64,000 bases of DNA from Gammaproteobacteria bacterium (GCA_002746155.1 NVWF01000014.1:1925-65924), one strand, 5' to 3'. Positions 1 through 13,109 are shown, numbered from the stretch's first letter. Numbers and translations: made by a program. The notes: generated by a model not told the origin, from the letters alone.

Positions 1-599
1 AAGCGGTTGAAATTAGTGTCAAGCTAACTGACATTGATAAAAAACCCGTCGCGGATCTGGTGGTTTATTTAGTCCCTCTTGAAGAGCAAAACTTAGAAAA
101 TTTAACCCCTACCTCACTTATGATTAATCAAACTGATAAGAAATTTAACCCCTATATATCAGTCATATTAAAAGGCATGCCAGTAATCTTTAATAATGAA
201 GATGATATTACTCATCAAGTATATTCCACATCAACCTCTAATCGTTTCTCATTCAGGATAAAAAGTGAAAGGACAAAATCAATAGAACCACTGAAAAATA
301 CAGGTAAAATATTAATGGGCTGCAATATCCATGATTGGATGAGTGGTTATCTATTGGTACTAAACACACCTTTATATACAAAAACAGACCATCAAGGCGT
401 AGCTAAATTTGATGTAAAACAAACCGGTCGTTATACACTCTCTGTATGGCATCCTCAATTATTGGCAGAAAATCAAACGATTAGCCAAAATATAAATATT
501 CAGTCTAGTGACATTTACAACATTAGTCTGTCTAATAAGTTGGCAGATATCCCAAATCAGGAAAACCCTGAAAGCTTTGACTTTTTAGATGATTACTAA
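1..599 (+). CDS. Periplasmic cupredoxin-like protein (family often annotated 'methylamine utilization protein'), 5' end off-window
   Basis: The frame of ORF 60..599 stays open back to base 3 (AVEISVKLTDIDKKPVADL...), so the gene starts upstream of the window. The pattern ITHQVYS...GCNIHDWMSGYLLV...WHPQ resembles a His/Cys/His/Met copper-site arrangement. The family name is recalled, not searched. Confidence 0.45.
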   Translation, partial: AVEISVKLTDIDKKPVADLVVYLVPLEEQNLENLTPTSLMINQTDKKFNPYISVILKGMPVIFNNEDDITHQVYSTSTSNRFSFRIKSERTKSIEPLKNTGKILMGCNIHDWMSGYLLVLNTPLYTKTDHQGVAKFDVKQTGRYTLSVWHPQLLAENQTISQNINIQSSDIYNISLSNKLADIPNQENPESFDFLDDY

Positions 600-2949
600 A
601 CAGATGAAATTGAAATTTTCAACATTTAAAAGTCTCAAAAATCGAATCTTTTTCTTTTTCGTCGTTCTGTTAATGCTAGTACAATTTATCGTTTTTTGGT
701 CAATCCGTTTAGCCATAAAGGATCAAGAGGAAAACCGTCTCAGCTCAGAACTGGCTTCTGCTTCAGAGATCTTTCAAACCATCTTTTCAACCAGTCATCT
801 CACCTTGAATAATTTCAATCAAATTAGCAACAGGATTCTTGCCGAAAATTTTTCTGATGATACTAAAAGCTTTCTGAGGGTTTTGGAAAACTTTCGTTCC
901 AGAGTTGACGCAGATCTAGCAATGGCTATTGAAAGTAGTGGTCATATTAAAGCTCAGATACTCAGGAACTATCTTCCAAATAATACAACTAAGTTAACCA
1001 TTGGTGAGCAACACCAAAAAGAGTTTTCATACCCTCTAGACTGGATAAAAAATAAAGAGAGTATGAAATTTTACAAAATACGTGACCAATTTTATCAGTT
1101 TAGCATTTCCGAAATATTTGTCGGAGGAGGTACTAGTGAATCTATCGGCTGGATAGCTTACGGCAATCGCATAAATAATCTTCTTGCAGGAGAATTTTTT
1201 CGTTTAAATGGTTATCATATAAACTTTAGGGCTGCGAACAACAAAGAGTGTATATTATTTGCCACCTCTAAAACTTCCGACAGTGCACTTAATACTAACG
1301 ATCTTTCAAATCAATGCTCATTAGTTACTGAAGGCTATGAGCAGAGTGAACCCATCGCTCTTGGTAGTCTAGGAGATTATAAAATATCAGCCACTATTTA
1401 CGGCTCTAGGAAAGACATTTTATTTTCTATCCAACAACGATGGTTATTAGTTTCTGCCTTAGCGGGCTTAACCCTAATCCTATCATTTTTTGGAGCTTAT
1501 TTTCTGGCAGCCTCTATTAGTAGACCCGTTAGACAACTTGTTGAACAAGCTAAGTATATTGCCCGTGGTCATTATAATAAATCAGTACATCTTGAAGATA
1601 GTGGTGAATTTGGACAACTTGCCCATGAATTTAATCTAATGCAACAGGCAGTTTTGCAAAGAGAAAAAGAAATTCGTCATAATTCATCCCATGATTCATT
1701 AACAAATTTACCTAACAGAAATGTGCTTTTTCATACCATGGCCGATTGGTTAAAGAACTCAATTCGACATGCTATTTTTTTGGTAAAAATTAATCACATC
1801 AGAGAAATCAATGAATCACTTGGACATGAAATAGCTGACCAAATGATTAAAGTTGTTAGTGAACGATTAGAAACTGTCAATAATGTATCTCTACTCTCAC
1901 ATCTTAGAACCGATGAATTTGTACTACTTGTTGACGAAAAATCTACCATATCTGTTATCCGGTGGATTGATAAAATAACCGAAGTTCTTGAAGCCCCCTT
2001 CTGTACCCAAGGGATGAACTTACATCTGCAAACAAATATAGGTGTGGCCTTAAGTCATAACGGAAATACAAATCCAAGTGATTTTCTACGCATGGCTGAT
2101 TCGGCCTTACAAATGGCTCGCCAACAAAAGCAACTATTTAAACTTTACGATAAAAGCCTAGATGATGAGCAGGCCGATCGATTGAGTGTCATGAATGACC
2201 TCCACACTGCTATCTCAGATGATCAATTTAGGTTGTTTTATCAACCAAAATTAGATCTCTCAACGGGCAAGGTTACCCATGTAGAAGCTTTAATCAGGTG
2301 GTTCCATCCAGATAAAGGTATGATCCCACCCGATAAGTTTATTAGCATTGCAGAGAATACTGGGCAAATCGATCAAATTACCTTTTGGGTTCTTGAGGAA
2401 GCTGCTAAACAGTATTCAAAATGGAGAGAGCAAGATATAACACTCACAATCGCCGTAAACATATCTGCGCAAAACCTCAAATCGAATAAAATATATAAGT
2501 CTTTAATGTTTATTCTTGAACAGTATAATCTTGACATGAAAGCTCTGCAGTTAGAGGTAACAGAAAGTGCAGTTGTTGACGATCCGGCTACTGCAATCGC
2601 CGTTCTCTCTCGATTTAAAAAAGCTGGAATTTCCCTGTCTATTGATGATTATGGAACAGGCTATTCATCCCTTGCCCAACTAAAACAGTTACCGGTACAC
2701 GAGCTTAAAATTGACATGTCCTTCGTCAGAAATCTACCCAATGATGAAGACGATAAAATCATCGTTAAATCAACCATTGAGCTGGCCCATAGCATGGGAT
2801 TATCCGTTGTGGCTGAAGGTGTTGAAACTGAAATGGCATTACAATGGTTAGATGAACAGTCTTGTGATATTATCCAAGGCTACTTCATTAGCAAACCCCT
2901 ACCTGCAGAAGAGTTTCTTACTTGGTTAAAAGGAAGCGATTATTTCTAA
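589..2949 (+). CDS. Membrane sensor HAMP-GGDEF-EAL protein (c-di-GMP phosphodiesterase type; GGDEF motif degenerate)
   Basis: Two TM segments flank a periplasmic region of about 240 aa. Then come a HAMP-like linker and a GGDEF-domain region whose signature reads RTDEF instead of GGDEF. The EAL domain looks intact (EALIRW, DDYGTGYSSL, EGVET). It overlaps the upstream gene by 11 nt. Confidence 0.9.
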   Translation: MITKQMKLKFSTFKSLKNRIFFFFVVLLMLVQFIVFWSIRLAIKDQEENRLSSELASASEIFQTIFSTSHLTLNNFNQISNRILAENFSDDTKSFLRVLENFRSRVDADLAMAIESSGHIKAQILRNYLPNNTTKLTIGEQHQKEFSYPLDWIKNKESMKFYKIRDQFYQFSISEIFVGGGTSESIGWIAYGNRINNLLAGEFFRLNGYHINFRAANNKECILFATSKTSDSALNTNDLSNQCSLVTEGYEQSEPIALGSLGDYKISATIYGSRKDILFSIQQRWLLVSALAGLTLILSFFGAYFLAASISRPVRQLVEQAKYIARGHYNKSVHLEDSGEFGQLAHEFNLMQQAVLQREKEIRHNSSHDSLTNLPNRNVLFHTMADWLKNSIRHAIFLVKINHIREINESLGHEIADQMIKVVSERLETVNNVSLLSHLRTDEFVLLVDEKSTISVIRWIDKITEVLEAPFCTQGMNLHLQTNIGVALSHNGNTNPSDFLRMADSALQMARQQKQLFKLYDKSLDDEQADRLSVMNDLHTAISDDQFRLFYQPKLDLSTGKVTHVEALIRWFHPDKGMIPPDKFISIAENTGQIDQITFWVLEEAAKQYSKWREQDITLTIAVNISAQNLKSNKIYKSLMFILEQYNLDMKALQLEVTESAVVDDPATAIAVLSRFKKAGISLSIDDYGTGYSSLAQLKQLPVHELKIDMSFVRNLPNDEDDKIIVKSTIELAHSMGLSVVAEGVETEMALQWLDEQSCDIIQGYFISKPLPAEEFLTWLKGSDYF

Positions 2950-3013
2950 TTTCACCCTTCAGCATTCCAATTACATTAAACTCACGAAGATAATCATTGC
3001 TAGCTTTGCGATT

Positions 3014-4228
3014 TTGTCCATTCAGTCACAAGCCACAGAATATGAATTATCAGGTTTACTCGATATTCGACTCACCAATACTACCAGTAGTGTCAGCTAT
3101 CTAAAAGGTGGTTATGGTAAGTTTCGCTATTCCGATGGTACAAAGTTTTCTTTAGCACAACTAGCCCTAGATTTTAAAGTCGATTGGGAAAACAACCTCA
3201 GTTATCACTTGGTGACTATTGGTTACCGTAATGGGAGCGCTGATGATGAAAATAATGGATTTGGAATAACGGAAAGCTACTTTAAATATCGTAGTTTTCC
3301 TGATAATAATGGTTTACGTTATCAGGCTCGAATGGGATTTATGTATCCTAAAATTTCACTTGAAAACGTCGCCACTGGCTGGTCATCACCCTATACCCTT
3401 TCCTATTCAACAATGAACTCCTGGCTAGGCGAGGAAGTGAGACATTTGGGTTTAGAAGCGGGTATAACTAAATTAGGCAAATTTAGTGGTAGTAATCATG
3501 ACTTCAGCTTATCTGCAGTGTTATTTACTGCTAACGATCCAAATGGCGCTATGTTGGCTTGGCATGGCTGGACTCAAAGTTCACGACAAAGCTTTTGGAA
3601 TGAAAAGCTCGATTTTCCGCAAATCCCCGTTTTAGATGACGGAGAAGCCTTAGAGGTGCAAGCAAGACGTTCTGATCCTTTTAAAGAGCTTGATTCACTC
3701 TCAGGCTATCAAATAACTGGGCAGTGGGATTGGCGAGGCAAGGTTAAACTACTAGCGGGTTATTATGATAATCGCACTGCAACCGATGTAGTGGAAGATG
3801 GTCAATATACTTGGATGACACAGTTTTCACATCTCTCAGTTAAATGGCAATTAGAAGATAATTTCACGCTTTTATTTCAACATATGTCAGGTGATACTCG
3901 AATGCGCGTGGTTAATAATTTTGACGTAGTGGCGTTGAACTTCAGTAATAGCTTCTTACTGCTAACAAAAAAGTGGCATAAGTTTCGATTTAGTACAAGA
4001 ATTGAACGATTTGAAACCGATGATCTTGATGGTCTTGTTGGTGATAATAATGATGAAGATGGTAAAGGAGTCACCTTAAGTCTGGCATACGAGTTTTCTA
4101 AACAGCTGTTTTTCCATTTAGAATACAATTACTTAGATTCAATCAGACCCTCTCGTTATTACTATGCTTATCTTGATAAAGACAGCCAAGAAAAACAATT
4201 ACAACTTGCTGCACGATATTATTTCTAA
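3014..4228 (+). CDS. Putative outer-membrane beta-barrel protein (start codon uncertain, possibly 2975 or 2990)
   Basis: Aromatic-rich alternating pattern with a C-terminal ...LAARYYF typical of OMP barrels. The in-frame upstream sequence KLTKIIIASFAILSIQSQA/TEY looks like a signal peptide but contains no ATG, GTG or TTG. Confidence 0.6.
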   Translation: MSIQSQATEYELSGLLDIRLTNTTSSVSYLKGGYGKFRYSDGTKFSLAQLALDFKVDWENNLSYHLVTIGYRNGSADDENNGFGITESYFKYRSFPDNNGLRYQARMGFMYPKISLENVATGWSSPYTLSYSTMNSWLGEEVRHLGLEAGITKLGKFSGSNHDFSLSAVLFTANDPNGAMLAWHGWTQSSRQSFWNEKLDFPQIPVLDDGEALEVQARRSDPFKELDSLSGYQITGQWDWRGKVKLLAGYYDNRTATDVVEDGQYTWMTQFSHLSVKWQLEDNFTLLFQHMSGDTRMRVVNNFDVVALNFSNSFLLLTKKWHKFRFSTRIERFETDDLDGLVGDNNDEDGKGVTLSLAYEFSKQLFFHLEYNYLDSIRPSRYYYAYLDKDSQEKQLQLAARYYF

Positions 4229-4260
4229 CTAAATCTTCAATGAGATTTTATTTCAGACTT

Positions 4261-5010
4261 TTACTTGGGTTGGCCTAGCATCAATCGCATTTCATCTTCC
4301 ACTAAAGCTAACAACTCGTTGCGCTGTTTCTTGTCGAAATCAGCAGCATTTATCTCCGTACCTATAACAACATCCACCTCACCATTTATAACCAACTTAA
4401 CCGTATTTGAGGGTAAAACATCGGTGATGCCTTTGATAGCAATAGGGATAATTGTTGCTCCGGTTTCTATGGCCAGATGAAAACCACCCTTCTTAAACTT
4501 ATGCAACTTTCCATCTCTAGAACGGGTACCCTCTGGTGCTATCCAAAGCATAATGCCTTTTTCTAATTCAGCCTTAGCCGTTGTTAAGTCTTTTCTAGCT
4601 TGTTCACTATTTGTTCTGTCTATTGATACCCAGCCACCTTTGGATAACGCAGCTCCTAAGATGGGAATATTAAACAATTCTTTTTTAGTTAACATGCGAA
4701 TACTGCCTGGAATCGCCAAATAAGATACAGGAATATCATACAGGCTAGCGTGATTACACATCAAAATAATAGGCTTACCTATTTTAAATTTTTGCTGGTG
4801 TGGATTATGAACATTAATTTTCAAACCAGTGGGTTTTAATATATGTTTCGCCCAAACATTGGTTACCTTATCAATAGATTTTTGTTTTTGACGAGTAAAG
4901 TGAGCAAAATAAATAATTTTTATACAGGCCCAAATAGTATAAATAGTCGATATGAACTGTAACCAAGCTACGTGAAGTCGAGATGCAGTATATTTTTTAT
5001 TTGCCATCAT
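4261..5010 (-). CDS. 1-acyl-sn-glycerol-3-phosphate acyltransferase family protein (PlsC-like)
   Basis: NHASLYD (H-x4-D acyltransferase motif) and PEGTRS motif, with an N-terminal hydrophobic anchor. Confidence 0.85.
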   Translation of the reverse strand: MMANKKYTASRLHVAWLQFISTIYTIWACIKIIYFAHFTRQKQKSIDKVTNVWAKHILKPTGLKINVHNPHQQKFKIGKPIILMCNHASLYDIPVSYLAIPGSIRMLTKKELFNIPILGAALSKGGWVSIDRTNSEQARKDLTTAKAELEKGIMLWIAPEGTRSRDGKLHKFKKGGFHLAIETGATIIPIAIKGITDVLPSNTVKLVINGEVDVVIGTEINAADFDKKQRNELLALVEDEMRLMLGQPK

Positions 5011-5015
5011 AAAAT

Positions 5016-5483
5016 TTATAATTCTGGCCAGCGCTTATGCAGTAGGGTTGCCTTTGAATGATTGAGTTCTAATTGTAGCCAACAAAGGCCAGCAACTGGA
5101 TATCCAAAAATATTAATATCCGGCAAAAATTCAGCAGTCAAATAAGCAACCATTGGCATGTGACTAGCCATAAGGATACTTTGTTTATTCAAGGTAGGTA
5201 TTAACTGAGCAGCTAGGGCTGGAGAACCATCAGGGGTTATTATAGGCTCAACCTGCAACTCAACCTCAGGGTAAAAATGCTTAGCTAGGGATGCTGTTTC
5301 AGTGGTTCTTTTATAGGGGCTATGTAATATCAACTCAGGTTGAAACTTTTGCTGTTGCAACCATTGATATTGACTGACGACTTGAGAGCGACCAAAGTCA
5401 GTCAAACACCGTTCTCTGTCAGGTATGGCATTATCCGCCTCTCCATGGCGAAGAATAACTAGCTCAATCGTTTTTTCCGACAT
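5016..5483 (-). CDS. sixA: Phosphohistidine phosphatase SixA
   Basis: About 155 aa with N-terminal LVILRHGEA (RHG histidine-phosphatase motif) and SPYKRTTETA. Size is typical of SixA. Confidence 0.8.
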   Translation of the reverse strand: MSEKTIELVILRHGEADNAIPDRERCLTDFGRSQVVSQYQWLQQQKFQPELILHSPYKRTTETASLAKHFYPEVELQVEPIITPDGSPALAAQLIPTLNKQSILMASHMPMVAYLTAEFLPDINIFGYPVAGLCWLQLELNHSKATLLHKRWPEL

Positions 5484-6489
5484 ACTTATTTACCTCAGCT
5501 CTTACCTCTGCTCTCACCTCAATAAGATGCTGCTGATTTAATCGTGGGCCAAAGGATGTAACCAGTTTTGCAGAAGCAAAGCTTGCGATAGCTCCTGCCG
5601 ATGTTACTGGTAGACCATGGGTAAGGGAAAATAAAAATGCACCTGCAAATAAATCTCCAGCACCATTAGTGTCAATAGCCTCAACCTTATAGGCTTTTAT
5701 GTCATGATAATCATTTCCATCAAAAGCTAGTGAACCTTTTGCTCCAAGTGTAATAACAAATTGCTTAGCAATTTTTTTAAGCGCTTCACAAGCTTCAGAT
5801 ATTGTTTCAGAACCGGTGTAGGCAAGCGCTTCGGCTTCGTTACAAAATAATAGGTCAACACCACCTTCAAGTAGGGCATCAATACCTTCACGACAAAACT
5901 GTACCATAGAAGTATCTGATAGGGAAAAGGCTACAGGTACCGATAACTCTCTGGCTTTATTTATAGCCTTAACTGATGTATCAACAGCTGTAGGTGAAGC
6001 AGCTAGGTATCCTTCGATATAGAGGTATTGTGATTTTGCTAGGACCTCATAATCTAGAAGCGACTCTGTTAGCTCTGAGGTTATACCCAGAAAAGTATTC
6101 ATAGAACGGTCAGCATCAGGGGTAATCATTACCAAACATTTTCCGGTTATACCCTCTTCTCTTGACGTATTTGCAAGATTAGTCATCACACCTTCATTAT
6201 GCAAATCAGTATAATAAAAATCTCCTGTTTCATCATTACCAATTCGACAAGAATAAAAACTGTTACCACCTAACTGAGCCACTGCAATGGTTGTATTTGC
6301 CGCTGATCCACCACAAGCTCTCTGGTGTTGCTTACCTTGAACCTTATTCAGTAATTCATGATGTCTAGCTTCATCAATCAGTGTCATGATTCCTTTTTCA
6401 ACACCAAGATGAGATAACTCCTCAATGTCAATTTCGATTTCAATATCGACTAAAGCATTTCCAAGTCCGTAAACATGAAAGTCTGTCAT
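5464..6489 (-). CDS. PfkB-family sugar/nucleoside kinase (adenosine-kinase-like)
   Basis: GLGNALVD N-terminal motif and C-terminal DTNGAGDLFAGAF (PfkB signature 2). Confidence 0.85.
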   Translation of the reverse strand: MTDFHVYGLGNALVDIEIEIDIEELSHLGVEKGIMTLIDEARHHELLNKVQGKQHQRACGGSAANTTIAVAQLGGNSFYSCRIGNDETGDFYYTDLHNEGVMTNLANTSREEGITGKCLVMITPDADRSMNTFLGITSELTESLLDYEVLAKSQYLYIEGYLAASPTAVDTSVKAINKARELSVPVAFSLSDTSMVQFCREGIDALLEGGVDLLFCNEAEALAYTGSETISEACEALKKIAKQFVITLGAKGSLAFDGNDYHDIKAYKVEAIDTNGAGDLFAGAFLFSLTHGLPVTSAGAIASFASAKLVTSFGPRLNQQHLIEVRAEVRAEVNKYVGKND

Positions 6490-6491
6490 TG

Positions 6492-9339
<2,848 letters not shown>

Positions 9340-9347
9340 GATTACTC

Positions 9348-12300
9348 CTAAGCCTTGGCTTTTGAAAGATTCGTTGCTTCTTCTAAATCAACTGAAACCA
9401 TTCTTGATACACCTGCTTCTTGCATGGTGACACCAGCCAGGTGATGGGCCATTTCAATTGCCCCTTTATTATGGGATATATAAATAAACTGCACCGTTTT
9501 AGACATCTCTTTCACTAGTCGGCAAAATCTAGCTACATTGGCATCATCAAGTGATGCGTCTACTTCATCAAGCATACAAAATGGTGCAGGCTTTAATTGG
9601 AAGATTGAGAATACCAAAGAGATAGCCGTCAGGGCTTTTTCACCACCGGATAGTAAATGAATGGTGCTGTTTCTTTTTCCCGGAGGTCTTGCCATGACGG
9701 TAACTCCGGTATCAAGTAGATCATCTCCAGTGAGTTCTAGATAAGCATGGCCGCCACCAAATACTTTTGGAAATAGTTCCTGTAAACCTTTATTAATTTT
9801 TTCAAATGTTTCCTGAAAACGATTACGCGTTTCTTTATCAATCTTGCGAATGGCATTTTCAAGAGTTTCAAGGGCTTTACATAAATCTTCATCTTGTGAA
9901 TCTAAATAAGCTTTACGTTCAGACTGAACTTTATACTCATCAATTGCCGCTAAGTTAATCGCCCCTAGACGTTGAATTTTAGCTGCGATTTTCTCTAGCT
10001 GATCTTCCCATAGGGCTTCTGAAGCATCGTCAGCTAATTGTTCTAGTATTTCCTTTACAGTAGTGTTTGATGATTTAAGCTGATCTTCTTCATTACTTAA
10101 TCTGACCTTTATGCCCTGCCACTCCATGCGCAAGCTTTCAAGGCGTTGTCTTACCGCCTCAGCATTTTGCTCAGCATTTTGACGCTTACCTTCTAAACTA
10201 CGAATTTCATGGTCAACCGTTTCAAGACTAAGACGGGCTTCTGTCAATTCCTTTTCAACTCGCTGATGTTTTTCAAGTGTTGTCTCAAGCTCACTTTGCA
10301 AATCATCAATGGGAGTAGTGTCTTCAGCAAGAGCCATTTGCAGTTGGTCTCTGCGTTCACCTAATTCACCAATTTGTGATTCAGCACGGATTTTACCTGT
10401 TAGGGCAGACTCCAATTGAGCGGTTAACGATTCGGTCCTTAGGGCACTTCGATGATAAGTTTCTTTATGATCACGGGCAATACGACGGCAATGTTCTAAG
10501 TTATTCCTTCGCTCTTCCCTCAATCGACTAAATTCTTCCTGCTGGGAATTATTATCAGCCATCACCTCAATACTTTCTTCTAGGGTAAAGCGACTGGCAG
10601 CTAGCTTTTCAGTCTCTTCTGTTCGTTGAACTTCTAAATCAGCTATGTCTTGGGTTAGACTAGTCCAACGTCCCTGATTATGTTGAAGACTTGCTCTGAG
10701 GTTGTTTACTTTTGATGATAGTTCAGCAGTCTGGCGGCTTGATACTGATACCTGTTGCTGCTGCTCTTGCCAAGTTACTTCAAGGATCTTTAAGGAATCT
10801 CTACAAGACTGAAGTTCTGTTTCTAATTGACTATATTGTTCGCTAGCCGTTGCAATGATAGAGGATAAATCTCTTAACTCATTCTCTCGGGTTAATACAC
10901 TGTCTTCATTTTGCTTACTTCTAGCCACTTGAAGCCAGCCAGAGCCAATCCAAAAGCCATCACAGGTAATTAGCGATTCTCCAGTAGATAAATTTTTCAC
11001 CCTGTTTAAAGCTTCAGCTAAATTTTCAGCTGTGTAGACCAGGTTTAACCAAGCCGGTAGTGCCAGATCACTTTCAATCATGGACGAGATGGTTCCAGAC
11101 TTAGCGGGAATCTTTTTATCACTGCTATCAACAAGACTTAAATCCATCTCTTGAAGATTCTCTAGGCTTGCTGACAATTGGTCAAATCCATTGACGGTTA
11201 AGGCTTCTAGATGCTTTCCGAGCACCGTTTCCACAGCCAGCTCCCAACCAGATTTAACTGAAATTTGTTCAGCAAGACTTTCAGCGTCAATATCCTGTTC
11301 ATTCAACCAGTTTTCCACGGCCTCATTATCGGTGCCTAATGCAGCTTTTTGAAGGGCCTTAAGGGTCACTTCACGGCCTTGTAATTGTTGTAATTGTTGT
11401 TGATGATTACTTAAATCACTTTGCTGGTCATCACGGTTTTGCCGTATTTTATTGATATTGTCTCGAGTTGATTTAGATTGCTCAGAAATGGCTTCAGTTT
11501 CTAACTCTGACTCGGCTAGGGCTTGTGTTAAGTCCTTTAATTCTTCTTCTTGGGGATCCACTGAAATTTCAGCGAGCTCAGCTTGAAAGTTATTAAGTCT
11601 GACCTTCGAACGGTCCAGTAGCAATTCCGAATGTTGAATACGAGTTTGTTCAACCTCTACTCGCTGATTTATCTGGGCAGATGTTTGTTGAAAATTATCC
11701 CAATCCTGTTGCCAGTCTTGCATGGCCTCTTCGGCAAGTTGTAAGCTTTCTGATGCTTGTTCAACTTCCATTTCAAGTCTCTCAGCATCCGGTCTTAAGG
11801 CTGCAAGCTCTTTATTAATTTCTGTAATAAGTTGTTGGTCTTGGTTAAGGTGTTGCAAAGCGTTACGTTCTGCTTGATCAAGCCTTGAAAGATCTTCTTC
11901 TAACTGAACACGACGCTCATTACTATGCTTGATGCTCTGTTCTAGTCGAGCTATCTCTGCACCTACGCCATAAAACCGCCCCTGGACCTCATTAAAACTA
12001 TCAGTTAAGTCTATATGCTTCTCTCGTGATATTTCAATCTCACTATCAACGGAGCGCTGATCGGCATGTTTTGATTCAAGTTCGACTTGCATTTCTTTTA
12101 TGGAACTGTCGAAACCCGACAACTTTTCACTAAAGCCTTGCCATCTTAAAGCAATCAATTCTGATTTAAGTTGTCGCTCTTCGCCTTTAAAATTTCGATA
12201 TTTTTCAGCAGAATTAGCCTGACGTTGTAGATGGGCAAGTTGCCGGCCTAATTCATCTCGAATATCACTTAAACGGTCAAGATTATCTCTGGTATGGCGA

Positions 12301-12851
12301 ATTCGGTTTTCCGTTTCACGGCGTCGTTCTTTATATTTTGATATACCTGCCGCTTCTTCAATAAAAACTCTTAGTTCATGGGGCTTCGACTCGATTAAAC
12401 GAGAAATCATACCCTGTTCGATAATGGCATAACTGCGAGGCCCTAAACCTGTGCCTAAGAAAATATTGGTAATATCTTTCTTACGGCAGCTAGTGCCGTT
12501 GAGTGAGTAGTTTGATTGTGCATCTCGATTCACCTGGCGGCGCACAGAGATTTCATTAAAACCCGCATATTCACCCGTGATGGTGCCATCACTATTATCA
12601 AAAGTTAACTCGATGCTCGCTTGACCAATCGGCTTTCTTGCAGTGGAACCGTTAAAAATAACATCTGTCATGGAGTCGCCGCGTAAATTCTTTGCAGAAC
12701 TCTCGCCCAACACCCAACGCACAGCATCAATTAAATTGGATTTACCACAACCATTTGGGCCTACAATAGCAGTAAGATTGTCAGGAAATGGAACAATCGT
12801 AGGATCTACAAAAGATTTAAAACCAGCAAGTTTTATTTGTTTTAAACGCAT
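9348..12851 (-). CDS. smc: Chromosome segregation protein SMC
   Basis: Walker A GPNGCGKSN at the N-terminus, long heptad-rich coiled coils with a central hinge, and C-terminal LSGGEK signature plus Walker B CMLDEVDA. 1167 aa. Confidence 0.95.
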   Translation of the reverse strand: MRLKQIKLAGFKSFVDPTIVPFPDNLTAIVGPNGCGKSNLIDAVRWVLGESSAKNLRGDSMTDVIFNGSTARKPIGQASIELTFDNSDGTITGEYAGFNEISVRRQVNRDAQSNYSLNGTSCRKKDITNIFLGTGLGPRSYAIIEQGMISRLIESKPHELRVFIEEAAGISKYKERRRETENRIRHTRDNLDRLSDIRDELGRQLAHLQRQANSAEKYRNFKGEERQLKSELIALRWQGFSEKLSGFDSSIKEMQVELESKHADQRSVDSEIEISREKHIDLTDSFNEVQGRFYGVGAEIARLEQSIKHSNERRVQLEEDLSRLDQAERNALQHLNQDQQLITEINKELAALRPDAERLEMEVEQASESLQLAEEAMQDWQQDWDNFQQTSAQINQRVEVEQTRIQHSELLLDRSKVRLNNFQAELAEISVDPQEEELKDLTQALAESELETEAISEQSKSTRDNINKIRQNRDDQQSDLSNHQQQLQQLQGREVTLKALQKAALGTDNEAVENWLNEQDIDAESLAEQISVKSGWELAVETVLGKHLEALTVNGFDQLSASLENLQEMDLSLVDSSDKKIPAKSGTISSMIESDLALPAWLNLVYTAENLAEALNRVKNLSTGESLITCDGFWIGSGWLQVARSKQNEDSVLTRENELRDLSSIIATASEQYSQLETELQSCRDSLKILEVTWQEQQQQVSVSSRQTAELSSKVNNLRASLQHNQGRWTSLTQDIADLEVQRTEETEKLAASRFTLEESIEVMADNNSQQEEFSRLREERRNNLEHCRRIARDHKETYHRSALRTESLTAQLESALTGKIRAESQIGELGERRDQLQMALAEDTTPIDDLQSELETTLEKHQRVEKELTEARLSLETVDHEIRSLEGKRQNAEQNAEAVRQRLESLRMEWQGIKVRLSNEEDQLKSSNTTVKEILEQLADDASEALWEDQLEKIAAKIQRLGAINLAAIDEYKVQSERKAYLDSQDEDLCKALETLENAIRKIDKETRNRFQETFEKINKGLQELFPKVFGGGHAYLELTGDDLLDTGVTVMARPPGKRNSTIHLLSGGEKALTAISLVFSIFQLKPAPFCMLDEVDASLDDANVARFCRLVKEMSKTVQFIYISHNKGAIEMAHHLAGVTMQEAGVSRMVSVDLEEATNLSKAKA

Positions 12852-13109
12852 CAGTTATGAATTCTATTTTTTCTTCTAGTTGATTAGGATTCCGAGACCT
12901 CTATTCTAAAGTATTTGCCTGCTTCTGCACACTAATTGGAGAAAAAATTGCAATGTTTAGCACTTTTAATTGGTATTTTCTATTAATTGATTAATTAACC
13001 AAGTTTTACTATCAGATATTGCCAGATGGGAGAGGATGCTTTACTCTATACTCGTTCCACCTCAAGATGCTAAAACAAAAGAGATCCATCACATGCGAGA
13101 ACGGACTAA

